64,000 nt of DNA, taken from contig OZ037770.1 of the NCBI GenBank assembly GCA_964035545.1, positions 372,001-436,000 of the forward strand. The letters are read 5' to 3'. The notes beneath the pieces are model-generated. The model was not told the DNA's origin. It saw only the letters and a program-made list of their open reading frames with translations, and made no database searches. Source of the stretch: Bugula neritina (taxonomy: Eukaryota > Animalia > Bryozoa). The position numbers and the translations under genes are program-made. Of the stretch, positions 25,672-38,248 are shown one piece after another; the stretch's first letter is position 1, and each line of letters starts with the position of its first letter.

Positions 25672-27141
25672 TTAGATGTAGCCAAGGAGAGAGAGGGCGG
25701 TGGAGATGACGCACCCAAACAGTACGAGTTTACCGAGAATCATGAACCCACCTCTTCTTCTCTTAGACGGATCTACAGACACACAGAGTGGTTTATATTT
25801 CATTTACCAGCTGCAGCTGAACCAGTCAGCCCTGCAGAGTGAGGGTTAAAATATGTGACATTATCAGAGGAGATAATCACTAAACAAATATATCATTACT
25901 TACTGCATACTATGAAAGTAGTTGTATAAGCTATACAGGTGGAGATAACTGTATATAACTAAACACTTTACTAGAGTTACAGATAAGGACACAGAAGATA
26001 ATAGGAGTGAGTTGATATCATGACTAGACTATACACTACATCCTATATTAGTATTACCAGAGAATTCCTAGATAAATTGGGAGTTATCTTACCACCAGTA
26101 TAGTATCCCAGTGCGTAGAAAACTCTGCCCAGAATCATCACCAGACCAGCACCAGCAGAAACAGACTACAATAGAGAGTATCTGGTGATGAGAGAAGACA
26201 GAGTATTATGAGAGTATAATAACGGAGGAGATAACTCAGTCACCAGATCTCAGTCTGACTACAGTCAGTGATACATGGGAACAGGCCAAAGGTCAAACTC
26301 AGTCGTTCTAATCAGTTAGAATCAAGTTTCATGCGAAAAAGACAGAAAAAGTAAATTGCTTGCAAAACATCTTAAAAATTAACCATTTATTTAAGAAAAA
26401 AGATTTAACTAGCAAGAAATAAAATGCAGGTAGTTTTATCAGAATTTGTGTCAAATAATGGAAATTTTCATTTAGTAACTACCAGCAGAATGAGATGGTG
26501 TATTGACTTTGTACATTTCACAAACATAAACACTTGTGGGATTACAATAAATTGCTGAATTTAAAGTAGAATATAGAATCATTTCTCTCTGACAACAAAT
26601 AAATTGAAAATATGAAAGTAGCTAAGTATAATAGAAATATGTTCAATTTCTGACTAAATAACTGGCAGACAACTGACATCTGTAAAGTATCACTCAGATT
26701 ATATTATTTGTTGGTTAATTCGACAAACAGTAATCAGAAAAATCTTAGTTTTTTCCTAAAACTGTAAGAGAAGAAAACTCACAGGGTGTTTCAGTCATCC
26801 AAGGAAAATGAGAGCCAGAAACTGGGGATAATCTTCCAAACTACAGAAAAGAAAGAAGTTAAATATTCAGGAAGAAAACTTCATCGACTGAGTTAATAGA
26901 TGCAAGTAGCATATACCATCATCACATGACCAGATACAGTCACATGACCAGATATAATCACATGATGAGATATAGCCACATGACCAGATATAGTCACATG
27001 ACCAGGTATAGTCACATGACCAGATATAGTCACATGACCAGATATAGTCACATGACTAGATATGAGTAGAACTCACGTATTCTGATGAACTCTTTGGATA
27101 CAGTTGAACATGTCACTCTTCGTAGAATAAAGTGCGGGATG
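25672..27141 (-). pseudogene. MGST3: Microsomal glutathione S-transferase 3 (MAPEG) pseudogene/fragment: last four exons only, internal stop
   Basis: Exons 27141-27077 (HPALYSTKSDMFNCIQRVHQN), 26840-26783 (TLEDYPQFLALIFLG*LKHP), 26165-26093 (SVSAGAGLVMILGRVFYALGYYTG) and 25772-25672 (DPSKRRRGGF...LLGYI*), all GT-AG. The FNCIQRxHQNTLE and GRVxYAxGYYTG signatures are present. There is an in-frame TGA at 26795-26797 at a Gly position, and no first coding exon is visible. Confidence 0.88.
26921..27063. repeat. 18-bp tandem repeat (CACATGACCAGATATAGT) ~8 copies in an MGST3 intron
   Basis: CACATG recurs every 18 bp (26941, 26959, 26977, 26995...). Confidence 0.9.
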
Positions 27142-27269
27142 CTACGAAATAGAAATTAGAATAAAAAACATCAATATTTTACTCATGTTTGGAACTTCAA
27201 AAATATAAATATATGACAGTATAAGAGGACTAAAAGCTGCTGTAGTAATAAAATGAGAAATTGCTAGAC

Positions 27270-28185
27270 TAGTATTACATTATACTCTATACAGTATTAC
27301 ACTATACTCTATACTCTATACAGTATTACACTCTACTCTATACAGTACTACACTATACCCTATACAGTATTACACTATACTATATACAGTATTACACCAT
27401 ACTCTATACAGTATTACACTATACTCTATACAGTATTACACTATACTCTATACAGTATTACACTATACTCAATACAGTATTACACTATACTCAATACAGT
27501 ATTACACTATACTCTATACAGTGTTACACTATACTCTATACAGTGTTACACTATACTCTATACAGTATTACACTATACTCTATACAGTATTACACTATAC
27601 TCTATACAGTGTTACACTATACTCTATACAGTATTACACTATTTTCTATACAGTATTACACTATACTCTATACAGTATTACACTATACTCTATACAGTAT
27701 TACACTATACTCTATACAGTATTACACTATACTCTATACAGTATTACACTTTACTCTATACAGTATTACACTATACTCTATACAGTATTACACTATACTC
27801 TATACAGTATTACACTATACTCTATACAGTATTACACTATACTCTATACAGTATTACACTATACTCTATACAGTATTACACTATACTCTATACAGTATTA
27901 CACTCTACTCTATACAGCATGACACTATACACTATACAGTATTACACTATACTCTATACAGTATTACACTATACTCTATACAGTATTACACTATACTCTA
28001 TACAGTATTACACTATACTCTATATAGTATTACACTATACACTATACAGTATTACACTATACTCTATACAGTATTACACTATACTCTATACAGTATTACA
28101 CTATACTCTATATAGTATTACACTCTACTCTATACAGTATTACACTATACTCTATATAGTATTACACTCTACTCTATACAGTATA
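27270..28185. repeat. 22-bp minisatellite (TATACAGTATTACACTATACTC)n, roughly 41 units
   Basis: Direct periodicity; it is the source of spurious ORFs 27521-28197. Confidence 0.95.
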
Positions 28186-28341
28186 CAACAGAACTGACAC
28201 CGTGTACTGAATGACATAATGGTGGAAGACTGTAGCTTTACTCCAACATACATGACTGAGTTTACACGAACTAACACTATTGTTCTATAGGTATATTACA
28301 ATGGTTAATAGCACCAACACTATCACACTACGGTCTAGAAA

Positions 28342-28580
28342 GACTACTAGCACTATTAAACTAGACTATCTAACTACAACATAGTTTCTACCTGCTGGAC
28401 CTCCATGCCTCAGACACAGCAACTTTCATCAAGTCTCTCTCTGCAATCACCAACTTCAAGGCATCCAAAGCTGAAAACTCAACTCCAAACCCTTCAGTAT
28501 GAGTCACTCTGAGTATATTCTGATCATAAGTCATTTCTGGAGTCTATGAGAGAAGTGAGACAATTTTTCTAAATGTAGAT
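28342..28580 (-). pseudogene. TIPRL: Duplicated, inactivated TIPRL exon 2 with part of intron 2
   Basis: 28392-28574 is colinear with 13259-13441. The acceptor AG is mutated to AC, a CAG>TAG stop is present, and the donor is retained. Intron homology extends to ~28342; the other TIPRL exons are not seen. Confidence 0.9.
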
Positions 28581-29559
28581 AATAACAGAAAATACAATAT
28601 CTAAAATATCTCTAAATATCAATGCCAGGAAAAACTAGAAGAATTGTTTAAAAACATGGTATAAGTATATTTAGGATACTGATGCTAATATTAATGGTAG
28701 TACCGATAGCAATAGTAATTTAACTAAATACATATATTACTATTACTATTAGTAGTAGCCTTACCCCTTATATTTGTGATACATTTACTATAAGGCTAAT
28801 AGTAATAGAAATAACATGTTATTATGTTAAATGATTATGCAGCTTTAACGACTTATTGAAAATTGAAGTTGTGCAAAATCTAGTGGCCAATAATTATAAA
28901 TTAAAATGCATAACCACATTTAATATTTCTGTTCGCCAAACGAGGCACGTCGCTTACACTAATTTAGTGGTCTAACGTGATTGCATCTTCAAGTAAGTCA
29001 AGTAAAATACTAATACTAATAGTAATAATACACCTACAGTGACAATTATTCATAAAATAATTCACATTGTTAATGTTACAGTTGAACCTACATTATCGCT
29101 CAAACTCAGCGTGAGTTTACTCAGTGCAGTACTTTGATTTGCTAAGTTACTAATACTAATAGTAATACAAATAGTAATAATTATAATAAATTTATTATTA
29201 ATAATAAAATATTAGTAACAACATAAATATAATATAAATATTAATATTTTTATTTGCAATAATATTATTATTAAAATTTTATTATCATCAAAGTTTCAAC
29301 TTATTGACTAAACATTACAAATTCTATCAACACTGAGTAACTGACTAGTACTACCGCTACGAGTACGACTACGAGCAATCATGATAGAAACGCTAATACT
29401 AATAGTAATAGTAATAGCAATTGTAAATCAAATGTAATTACTAGGTTTATTTTTGTGATCCAGTACTTAAGAATGACCATTTAATTACAAAGCATAGTTC
29501 ATCTTACAAAGCAATACACGTTTCATATGAGCATTAGTAACCGAAGAAAACAAGAACAT

Positions 29560-29841
29560 TCTACTCAGTTAGAAACAAATCTATACAGGAAGCGATAACG
29601 AAACAGCGGTATTACGCTCGCTGATGGCGTAGCTTCAAAACGAACGCTATTTGAACAAAGCTGGAGACGGTGGAGGAAGCAGAAGGGGCTAAAACAAAAT
29701 ATGACCTTGACATTCACGCCCACCGACGTTATCAGCAGACGTTTACGCCCTCTGAAACTTTACTGCATACGGCTCAGAGACAGCAGGCAATAACAATATT
29801 TTTGAGTAATACTGCTCGAATTCCACTTTTAATTGGTAAGT
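29560..29841 (+). promoter_or_regulatory. Candidate promoter/non-coding first exon of NTase-TPR copy 2
   Basis: CpG-rich patch in otherwise very AT-rich DNA, ending in a GTAAGT donor at 29836; further AG/GT-bounded non-coding segments lie at ~30377-30517 and ~30661-30775. Confidence 0.4.
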
Positions 29842-31936
29842 AAATACTAATAACTATTAGGCTAATTGCTTTTCTTCTTTTGCTATACGTCGTTGAACAC
29901 CATCACACTTACCAATTCAATAGCACTGAAGTTTTAAACCTGAAAACAGTTAGTCTGATAGATCTGTGTTGTTGAAAATTAGGACTTGCTTTCTATTCAC
30001 CACAAGCAACTTTAATTGTGTTGTATATTCTGATTGCGATTGAACATTGATGTTAAAATATTTTGAACTTATCGCATATGTTTATATATCTTAATTACAA
30101 TGAAATATGTCTCATGTCTTGTGGGCTGCAAGTCAATACACAAGATATATGTATAGCCCCTGGTAGTTTGATAATTCAAACTGAGTAAATAAAAATATTA
30201 TTTGCACTAGCTACAGCTTCAGTAAAGTATTATATTGTAAATATTTGTTGAACACATTGTGTTCTATAGTGTTGAAATTAGCGTTGTGAGTTGAATAATT
30301 TACCATCTTGCATAAAGTGAATTTGTAAACTATAACATTTGAGAATGTGCGGGTAAAATTTATATTTTAGTCTACAGAACTCAGTCCAAGGTACTAAAAG
30401 AGACTGACTCAGCTAGCTGTCTCTTTATATCAACTCTTCCTAGTACTGAATAGATTCACATTGATAGACTGGTTTATAGAAAGGACACAGCTTACATGTA
30501 TTCAGTGCCAACAGAAGGTATAAGTAAGTACAATGCACACACTTTTCTCTTAAGTATAATTTATAACCTGTATATGTATTTATATGAATTTAATAATATG
30601 ACGGTATTTTATTCATCAATTGATTTAATCAAGTCTATTTATATTTTTCTACTTTTACAGGACTGAGACTGTGAGGTGTAAACAGAAGTATAGATTAATA
30701 ATTCCCTTCCCTACAGTTTCCTTCTTATTGGTAGTTGTACTCAGATGATGTAAGACTACAGATTCAGCTGAGAAGGTAATATTATATACTAACATTGTTG
30801 AGTTATTACACACAGGAACTCTTTCTATTATAAGAATTTTTTTTAATTTCTATCAGTCAGTAAGACACACAACTAACTGCCTTTGAATTGTGTCAAGTAT
30901 AATATAGGATTTTGTTGAAACTGGTGGTCACTCAACTATGTTTTAGCTATTCCAGAAATTGTATGTTATATGTTGAGAAAAATACGATAGTGCAATAATG
31001 ATATTTTTTAAAGAAATGCATTATAGAATAATATTGTGTTTTACTATCAGGAGTTGTACCTCTATAACTTCATACTATAACAATGAGTACACTAGGTATA
31101 TATAACCATGTATGGTTTAATGATTTGCTGACTAATTAATAACATTATGCTCAGCTTTCCGTTGTAAATATCAGTGCCATGTCCTACTTTATTATACCTG
31201 ATACTTACCAGTTGTTTACTTTACCTCCCATATGTTATCTACTTGTTGACTTAGTAATATACATGCAAGTAGTTCTTAATTATATTAATCTGAAAAAGCA
31301 GGGGCTACTTCAAACACCTTCAGCTACTAACTATGTTTTGAAACTAGGCTATATTAAAGTTATAAAAATATGTTTGAACAGCTCAAGATAATATCTCAAG
31401 TGGATACATTATAAGAGGTCTTATCTTCATAATAAGAGTCTATAGTTGATCATAGTTACTTACCTATTGTTTTATATTCAGTTTATAGACTGGCAGATAT
31501 ACGGGACTTCTCAACAATTCCCCTACTGGCTAGAAACAGTCTGTTCCTGGGCTATAACAAAGTTCCAACTTTTTGTGTAGAGAGTTGAAAGTTAAAGTGA
31601 TATAAGTAGGTGAAACATATTTCTAAGTTGTATGTGAGTTTCCCAAGTACCTAATCATATATGTAGGAGATTGATAATATTACTTATAGCACTTTACAAC
31701 ACTACAGTGAATATATCTGAATGCGATAGTATGTTGTATATAAATTTAGTCACTCAACTATTGAATACACATATGTTTTGTGTTGATCATCTTTATTTCA
31801 TCACTAATACATATGTTAATATCTGGTATCACATGACTTATCATAGGTGTAAAAGATATACAAGTCTATTGTGTGAGATATAGTATAGCTATGTTATGTT
31901 TCATCTAATAGGATCAGATGTGGTTCATACCACAAC

Positions 31937-34900
31937 ATGGAGGACTACAAAGACATATTAAAGTTAGACGAACTGACCATAAAATACCAAAAAATGGCGG
32001 AGTCTAGTAGAAACTGGGTGCACCATCTGCAGGTAGCAATTACTACTATTTGATTCAAATTAATGGTGTACCTGTCATAAACATGATATGACATAACATA
32101 AAATGTTCATAGAAGGTTTAAAACTAAATACAGAAAAGCATGTCTGTTGTTGAAGTTGAAGACTGCAGCTGAAGACAAAGACATATGTATTTTTCTAATG
32201 AGTTTATAGGAAGTATACATTTTATTATTCTGAATGAGGACTGCATTTTGCTCAGCTTGAAAAAACTGTATTTTCTTTTTTATCTATAGGCTCATGGACT
32301 AGCTAACAGATGTCTGGCTCTAGAGTTTAGTGAAGAGAGACAGAGGAGAGTCTACCAGATAGAAGACTGTTGGTATGGAGGAAGACATCCAATCAGCTAT
32401 GAGGAACATCAGAAATTGACAAAGAAACATCTCAAGTTGCTGGAGGATTTTAGAGACGAGACAACAACTGACTTCAGCTCTCTTGACACAAGTAACTTGA
32501 AACTTGATAACTATCCTTCAGCTAGTCAGCTCACTGAGTTTAGTAATTCTGTATTTGAATTAAGTCAAAAGTGCAGTGATAACTTTATATCAACATGTAG
32601 TAAGTTTATACAGTCCAGTGTTGATACTTTGAGTACATCAGGTCTAAATATTCCCTGTTCCTTTGCTGTGATTGGTCTTGGTTCTGTTGCTCGTGGTACA
32701 GCCACTCCATATTCTGACCTAGAGTATGCCTTTGTCGTTGAGTCAGACTCTCATATTGACTACTTTACTAAACTAGCAGTTGATAGCTACTTTAGAATTG
32801 GTAATATGGGGGAATCACCATTGAAGAGTTTTAATATTCCTGAAATAGACAAATCATATGCAGATAGTGCTACTGTAGGCTTCCGTATTGATGGAATATC
32901 CAAAAATGCTGGAAACATTCCAACCGGGAAAGGAGATAGTAGCAGGGGTTTGATATTGACTGTAGAACAATTGACTGAACTATACTCTGAGACACTGACT
33001 TTACCAGCTGGTGATATAGCAGATATAGCTGATCTGTTATCTTCTATTGTCATGATCTGTGCATATGAAAATGGTAAAATGCTGTTTGACAAGACTCTTG
33101 AAAACTTTCAAACTATTTTAGCAGAAAATGTGAACAATTCAGTTGTGATAAACAAACGACTGAAATTATTAAAAACAGATGCTGAATCTTACAATTTTCT
33201 CCCAACATTCAAATCCTTTGGACCTCCTGACAATACAAAACTCAAAGTTAAAGGTGATATTTTTCGATACCCAACACTGTTAGTTGACCACCTGAGACTG
33301 TTGATAGCTTTAGATAAAATGACTCCTTGGTCTATAACATGCCACTTGAAAGAGCAGAACTATGTGACTGACAAACAACTGTTTAGACTAAACCTGATAA
33401 CAGCTCTGGCCATATACATCAGAACAACTGCATACCTACAATCAAGAACTCAAAAAGATCATTTCTCTTTATATCCTCCCACTGAATGCCACACCAAAGG
33501 AATTTATCATTTATCTAGAAACATGTTTGTTCTATTAGCATTTCTGATTGTTCCTGTGAAGAAATTTGTTAAAAGAAACTTGGATAATTTTAATTGTGAA
33601 AGTGAATGGATAGGCTCTGCTGTTTTGAGAAGACTAGTGAACCAAGTTGGTTTAGATAACCCAGGTTTCACATTGAAAATGGAGGTTGAATTTTTTTGTG
33701 GAGATTTTGAGCAATCCATTCAAACTGCTAAAGCAAATTGTGGTGCTGACATATTTGATAAAAGTCCTAAAGACTTTAGTGAAACTATCCGTAGTTCAAG
33801 TGATTCCAATTCCTCAGTTACATCTGAATATTGTAAACAGGAAGTTAATAATGTTTCTGCTGCTTCATCCAAATACATCGAAATGGCTGCATATCTATTG
33901 TACTCCTCTAGAAAGTATGATAGCTGTCTGAAGTATTTCACTTAGTTAACAGAAAACTGTGCAGACTCTGCATCTGATAGGTTAAAATGGAAAGTGTTAG
34001 CAGCTGACTCAGCCAATCAGATTCACAATTATTATGAGGTCTTCTCTTTGATTGGTGAAGTTTTGTATACCATCAGATCAAAGTACAAATTGAAGATTAG
34101 TCAAACTCTGTACAGATTTGTTAGAGATCAGGCTAAACACACTCAGCATTCAGCTGAAGACAGAGAGCTGTTTGAAATTGTTGCACAAGCTTTTAGAGTG
34201 ACTAGCAAAGCCTACAAGAATGTGAAGCATTATGTGCAAACTGAAGAGTTGGCAAATGCAGCACTCTCACTTTTTGACAGTCTGTATTCCCAAAGATCTG
34301 GGGAACAATTTGGCAGTCATTATGTAGATTTGATAGTTTCCCTTGCGTTGTTACAGTCAGAAAGAGGTGAACATGATAAAGGTGTTGAATATTTGACTCA
34401 TCATTTAGATAAGTTGAGAGAAATTCACACTGACCAGACTAACCACCCAGACATTGCCCTTCTATTGAGTGGTTTAGGTCAACTTCATGAAAAAGCTGAG
34501 AATTATGACATCTCCTTAGATTTTTACAACAGAGCTTTAGCTATGACAAAAAGTTTGTACAGTTCAAATCATGTTGATATTGCTCAATGTTATCAGAAAA
34601 TTGCAGCTGTGCATGCAAAAATGGGTGATTATAGTTCATCTTTCAGCAACTATCAAAGTGTAGAAAAGTTGTTTGAGAGTTTGAAGATTAGTGAGCATGA
34701 GAAAGCTTTTCTGTTGGTGGAAATTGGCCTTCTTCATTGTTGTAAGAGTGAATATGACTCAGCTCTGTCATATCTTGATTCAGCTCTCAGTATGATAGAG
34801 TCTAAAGTAGAGACCACCCACATAGATATGGCAGATATAAACTCTGCATATGGTAGAGTTTATAGTGAAATGGGGCAGACAGAACTTGCATTAGAATATC

Positions 34901-36981
34901 ACACAAAGTCTTTAGTGACAACCGTAAAAGTTCTGAGTAGTATTGATGGTATTCCATTGTTATCTCAACTCCATGGTGAGATGGGAAAGTTGTCTGTGAA
35001 ACTGAGTGCAGAGGCTATGATGTTGAATATTGAGAGAGCTAGTAGAGAGGTGAACAGTGTTAGTCCTGGTGTAGCCTCTTGTTACATGAGAGTTGGTAAT
35101 GTCTATGATGATATGTGTCTATATGAGCAGTCTTTGGTGTATCTCAATAAGGCATGTGAGATGTTCAAGGCTGTCTATGGCAGTGATGCAGTGCATGCAC
35201 ACATTGCTATTGGTTATAACAATATTGGTAATGTGTATAGTAAGATGGGTGAATATAGCAAGGCACTAGAGTACTATAGGAAGGGTCTAGAGATGCAGCT
35301 AGCTGTCTATGGCAGTGATGCAGTGCATGCCCACATTGCTAGTAGTTATAACAATATTGGTAATGTGTATAGTAACATGGGTGAATATAGCAAGGCACTA
35401 GAGTACTATGAGAAGGGTCTAGAGATAGAGCTAGCTGTCTATGGCAGTGATGCAGTGCATGCACACATTGCTAGTAGTTATAACAATATTGGTGTTGTGT
35501 ATAGTAACATGGGTGAATATAGCAAGGCACTAGAGTACTATAGGAAGGGTCTAGAGATGAGACAAGCTGTCTATGGCAGTGATGCAGTGCATGCAGCCAT
35601 TGCTAGTTATTATACCAATATTGGTAGTGTGTATAGTGACATGGGTGAACATAGCAAGGCACTAGAGTACTATAACAAGGGTTTAGAGATGCAGTTAGCT
35701 GTCTATGGCAGTGATGCAGTGCATGCCCACATTGCTAGTAGTTATAACAATATTGGTAATTCGTATAGTGACATGGGTGAATATAGCAAGGCACTAGAGT
35801 ACTATGAGAAGGGTCTAGAGATAGAGCTAGCTGTCTATGGCAGTGATGCAGTGCATGCCCACATTGCTAGTAGTTATAACAATATTGGTAATGTGTATAG
35901 TAAAATGGGTGAATATAGCAAGGCACTAGAGTACTATAGGAGGGGTCTAGAGATGAGACAAGCTGTCTATGGCAGTGATGCAGTGCATGCAGACATTGCT
36001 AATAGTTATACCAATATTGGTGTTGTGTATAGTAACATGGGTGAATATAGCAAGGCACTAGAGTACTATAGAAAGGGTCTAGAGATGCAGCTAGCTGTCT
36101 ATGGCAGTGATGCAGTGCATGCACACATCGCTAATAGTTATAACAACTTAGCCTCAGTTCATCACAAACTCTCAGCCTACACCTCATCCCTCCACTACTA
36201 TACCAAATGTATAGAGATGTTTAAAGCAGTCTATGGTGAAGGAACCAACCATAATCACATTGCTTTTTGTTATAGAGGTATTGCTGATGTGTACACAGAT
36301 ACAGGTGAATATATAAAGTCACTACATTATCTCACCTTGTCTCTAGACATGACTAAAGCTATACATGGTGACAATACCACTCACATATATCTAGCAGACA
36401 CTTACCATAAACTGGGTAGACTGTATCATAACACAGGTCAATATACACACTCAGTACACTGCTATAACATGGCCCTGGTACAGAGAGATAGGTGTAATAC
36501 TGCTCATCTCCCTCTATATACAGCTGTGTTAGTCAGTCTCTCTCAGACTCTAATCTCATCATCAGTCTACAAACACGCTAAGGGTCTCCTACTACTCGCT
36601 CTCAAACATTCACCTACTGACTACTGTAAGGATACTCAGGCTAATATCTGTCAACTCTTAGGACAGTGTTGTCTCCACTTACATCAGTACAGGAAGTGTT
36701 GGAAATATTTATATTCAGCTCTCTGTTACTATGAGTCACTTCCTTCCTCCAACTTGAAGATGAAATCTCTAGCTCAGGTTCATTTGTACATCTCCTACTT
36801 GCTCTTACATCTGGGTCATGTTTCACTGGCTGTAGAACACTCTGAGTTAGCTTTAGTTCTTGTAGAAAGTGTTTTAGTTGACAGAGATAACATAACTCTT
36901 GAACTCACTAGACTGTATACAGACATTACACACATGACTCTTGGTTTATATTCAACTCTTACTCTGTATACAGATATTTAG
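31937..36981 (+). pseudogene. NTase-TPR copy 2: colinear paralog with 7 core TPR units and one in-frame nonsense codon (583-aa NTase-only product, or 1595 aa if read through)
   Basis: Exon 1 is 31937-32032 and exon 2 is 32290-36981. ORFs 32416..33945 and 33994..36981 are in the same frame. TAG at 33943-33945 aligns to TGG (Trp) in copies 1 and 3. The length difference to copy 1 is exactly 16 x 44 aa, and the NTase motif is intact. Confidence 0.85.
35170..36093 (+). repeat. Coding 132-bp TPR tandem repeat, 7 units
   Basis: (36094-35170)/132 = 7. Confidence 0.95.
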
Positions 36982-38248
36982 ACTTACTGTACTTCTAGTA
37001 TTTAGTATTCTATATTCTCTGTTAAACAGTCTGTGAGTTTAAATGACTTTTCAGCTACATTTCTCTTGCTTTCTTCTTTATAGTATCAACATTTTATGCA
37101 TTTTTAGTCGTTTTGTTGAGTTTGTGTTAGAAAATGCTGTATATAATTAAATATAATAATCAAAGTCATGTTTTCTAATAGTTATCACTCCTTTGCTTTT
37201 TATTCTTATACTTATTATATATTACTTGTATATATTAAGTTTGTATTGGTGTAGATTTCTTTTCATAACAAAGCCATTCTACAGCCCATGTGTCATTTTC
37301 ATTTTCTTCTCTTTTCTTTTACTTCCTGAAGCTATGGTAACAATTCCTGTATTTTATTGTGTATATAATTGTATGTTGTTCGTTCCTATTGATTACCTTA
37401 TTATGGCTTTACAGTGTAAATAATGCTGTTTGTACTTTTTGCTGAATTTCTGTAAATAAATTTATTAAATATAATATTTCTCAAGAACATACAAACTGCA
37501 TATAGATGCCTAAAAGTTACTTAACACATTTCATTTTTTCGACATGTTGGCTGTATAACCTACTTTCTTCAAAATGACGAAGAAACCTTAGTGTTTGTAT
37601 TTTAGGATTCAAATTAAAAATTGGTTGGCATATTAGAGTCAAGTAGTATTTATCTGTTCACATAATATAGCTTGGCGATAAACTCACTGAATACAGAGGA
37701 GAGGTTAGATTTTGTGTTATATAATAGTTGCCTTTATATCAATTTTTGAGTGACTTGACTGCATATATTTAGTTCACTGCATGTGTACAACAGCTAAACC
37801 TCATCCCTGAATAAGATTACTTTATAGCGCATGTTAGCAGTAAAGAATACATGCATTATATATACAGCAAAGCCTTGGGTTAATCATGCATTACCTAGCT
37901 AAGCAACAAGCTAATTTCAACGGAAGTTATAGTTTCATAAAATTGGACTCTAATTTAACATAAAAACCCTTATTTTAGCCACACTCTTTGTACAAAGGGT
38001 ACCCTAAGATAAATAGCTGTCTGTATAGCAGTTTATTGTGAAACTTGCTGTATTTTTAGACTTACCATATGTGTTTTGCTAAGTCTGTAGTTATGTTGAA
38101 GACAACAGATAAAAGCAAATCATTTAAATGAAGTCAACTTTCATATACTGGGTATAATCTCTGCAGTTATCACAATGACCTGTTGCTAGAGGTAGTTGGT
38201 GATTGATTTTGAAAAAAAAATCAATATTGGTTAAAGATAGCATTTGTA
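36982..38248 (+). repeat. Segmental duplicate of the copy 1 3' UTR/flank (23472-~24738)
   Basis: Colinear non-coding similarity that ends near GCATTTGTA (38240-38248 vs 24729-24737). Confidence 0.85.

Noticed and set aside
26795-26797. In-frame TGA in MGST3 as selenocysteine
   Set aside because: It aligns to a Gly (GGA>TGA), not a Cys; the gene also lacks its first exon; no SECIS was recognised.
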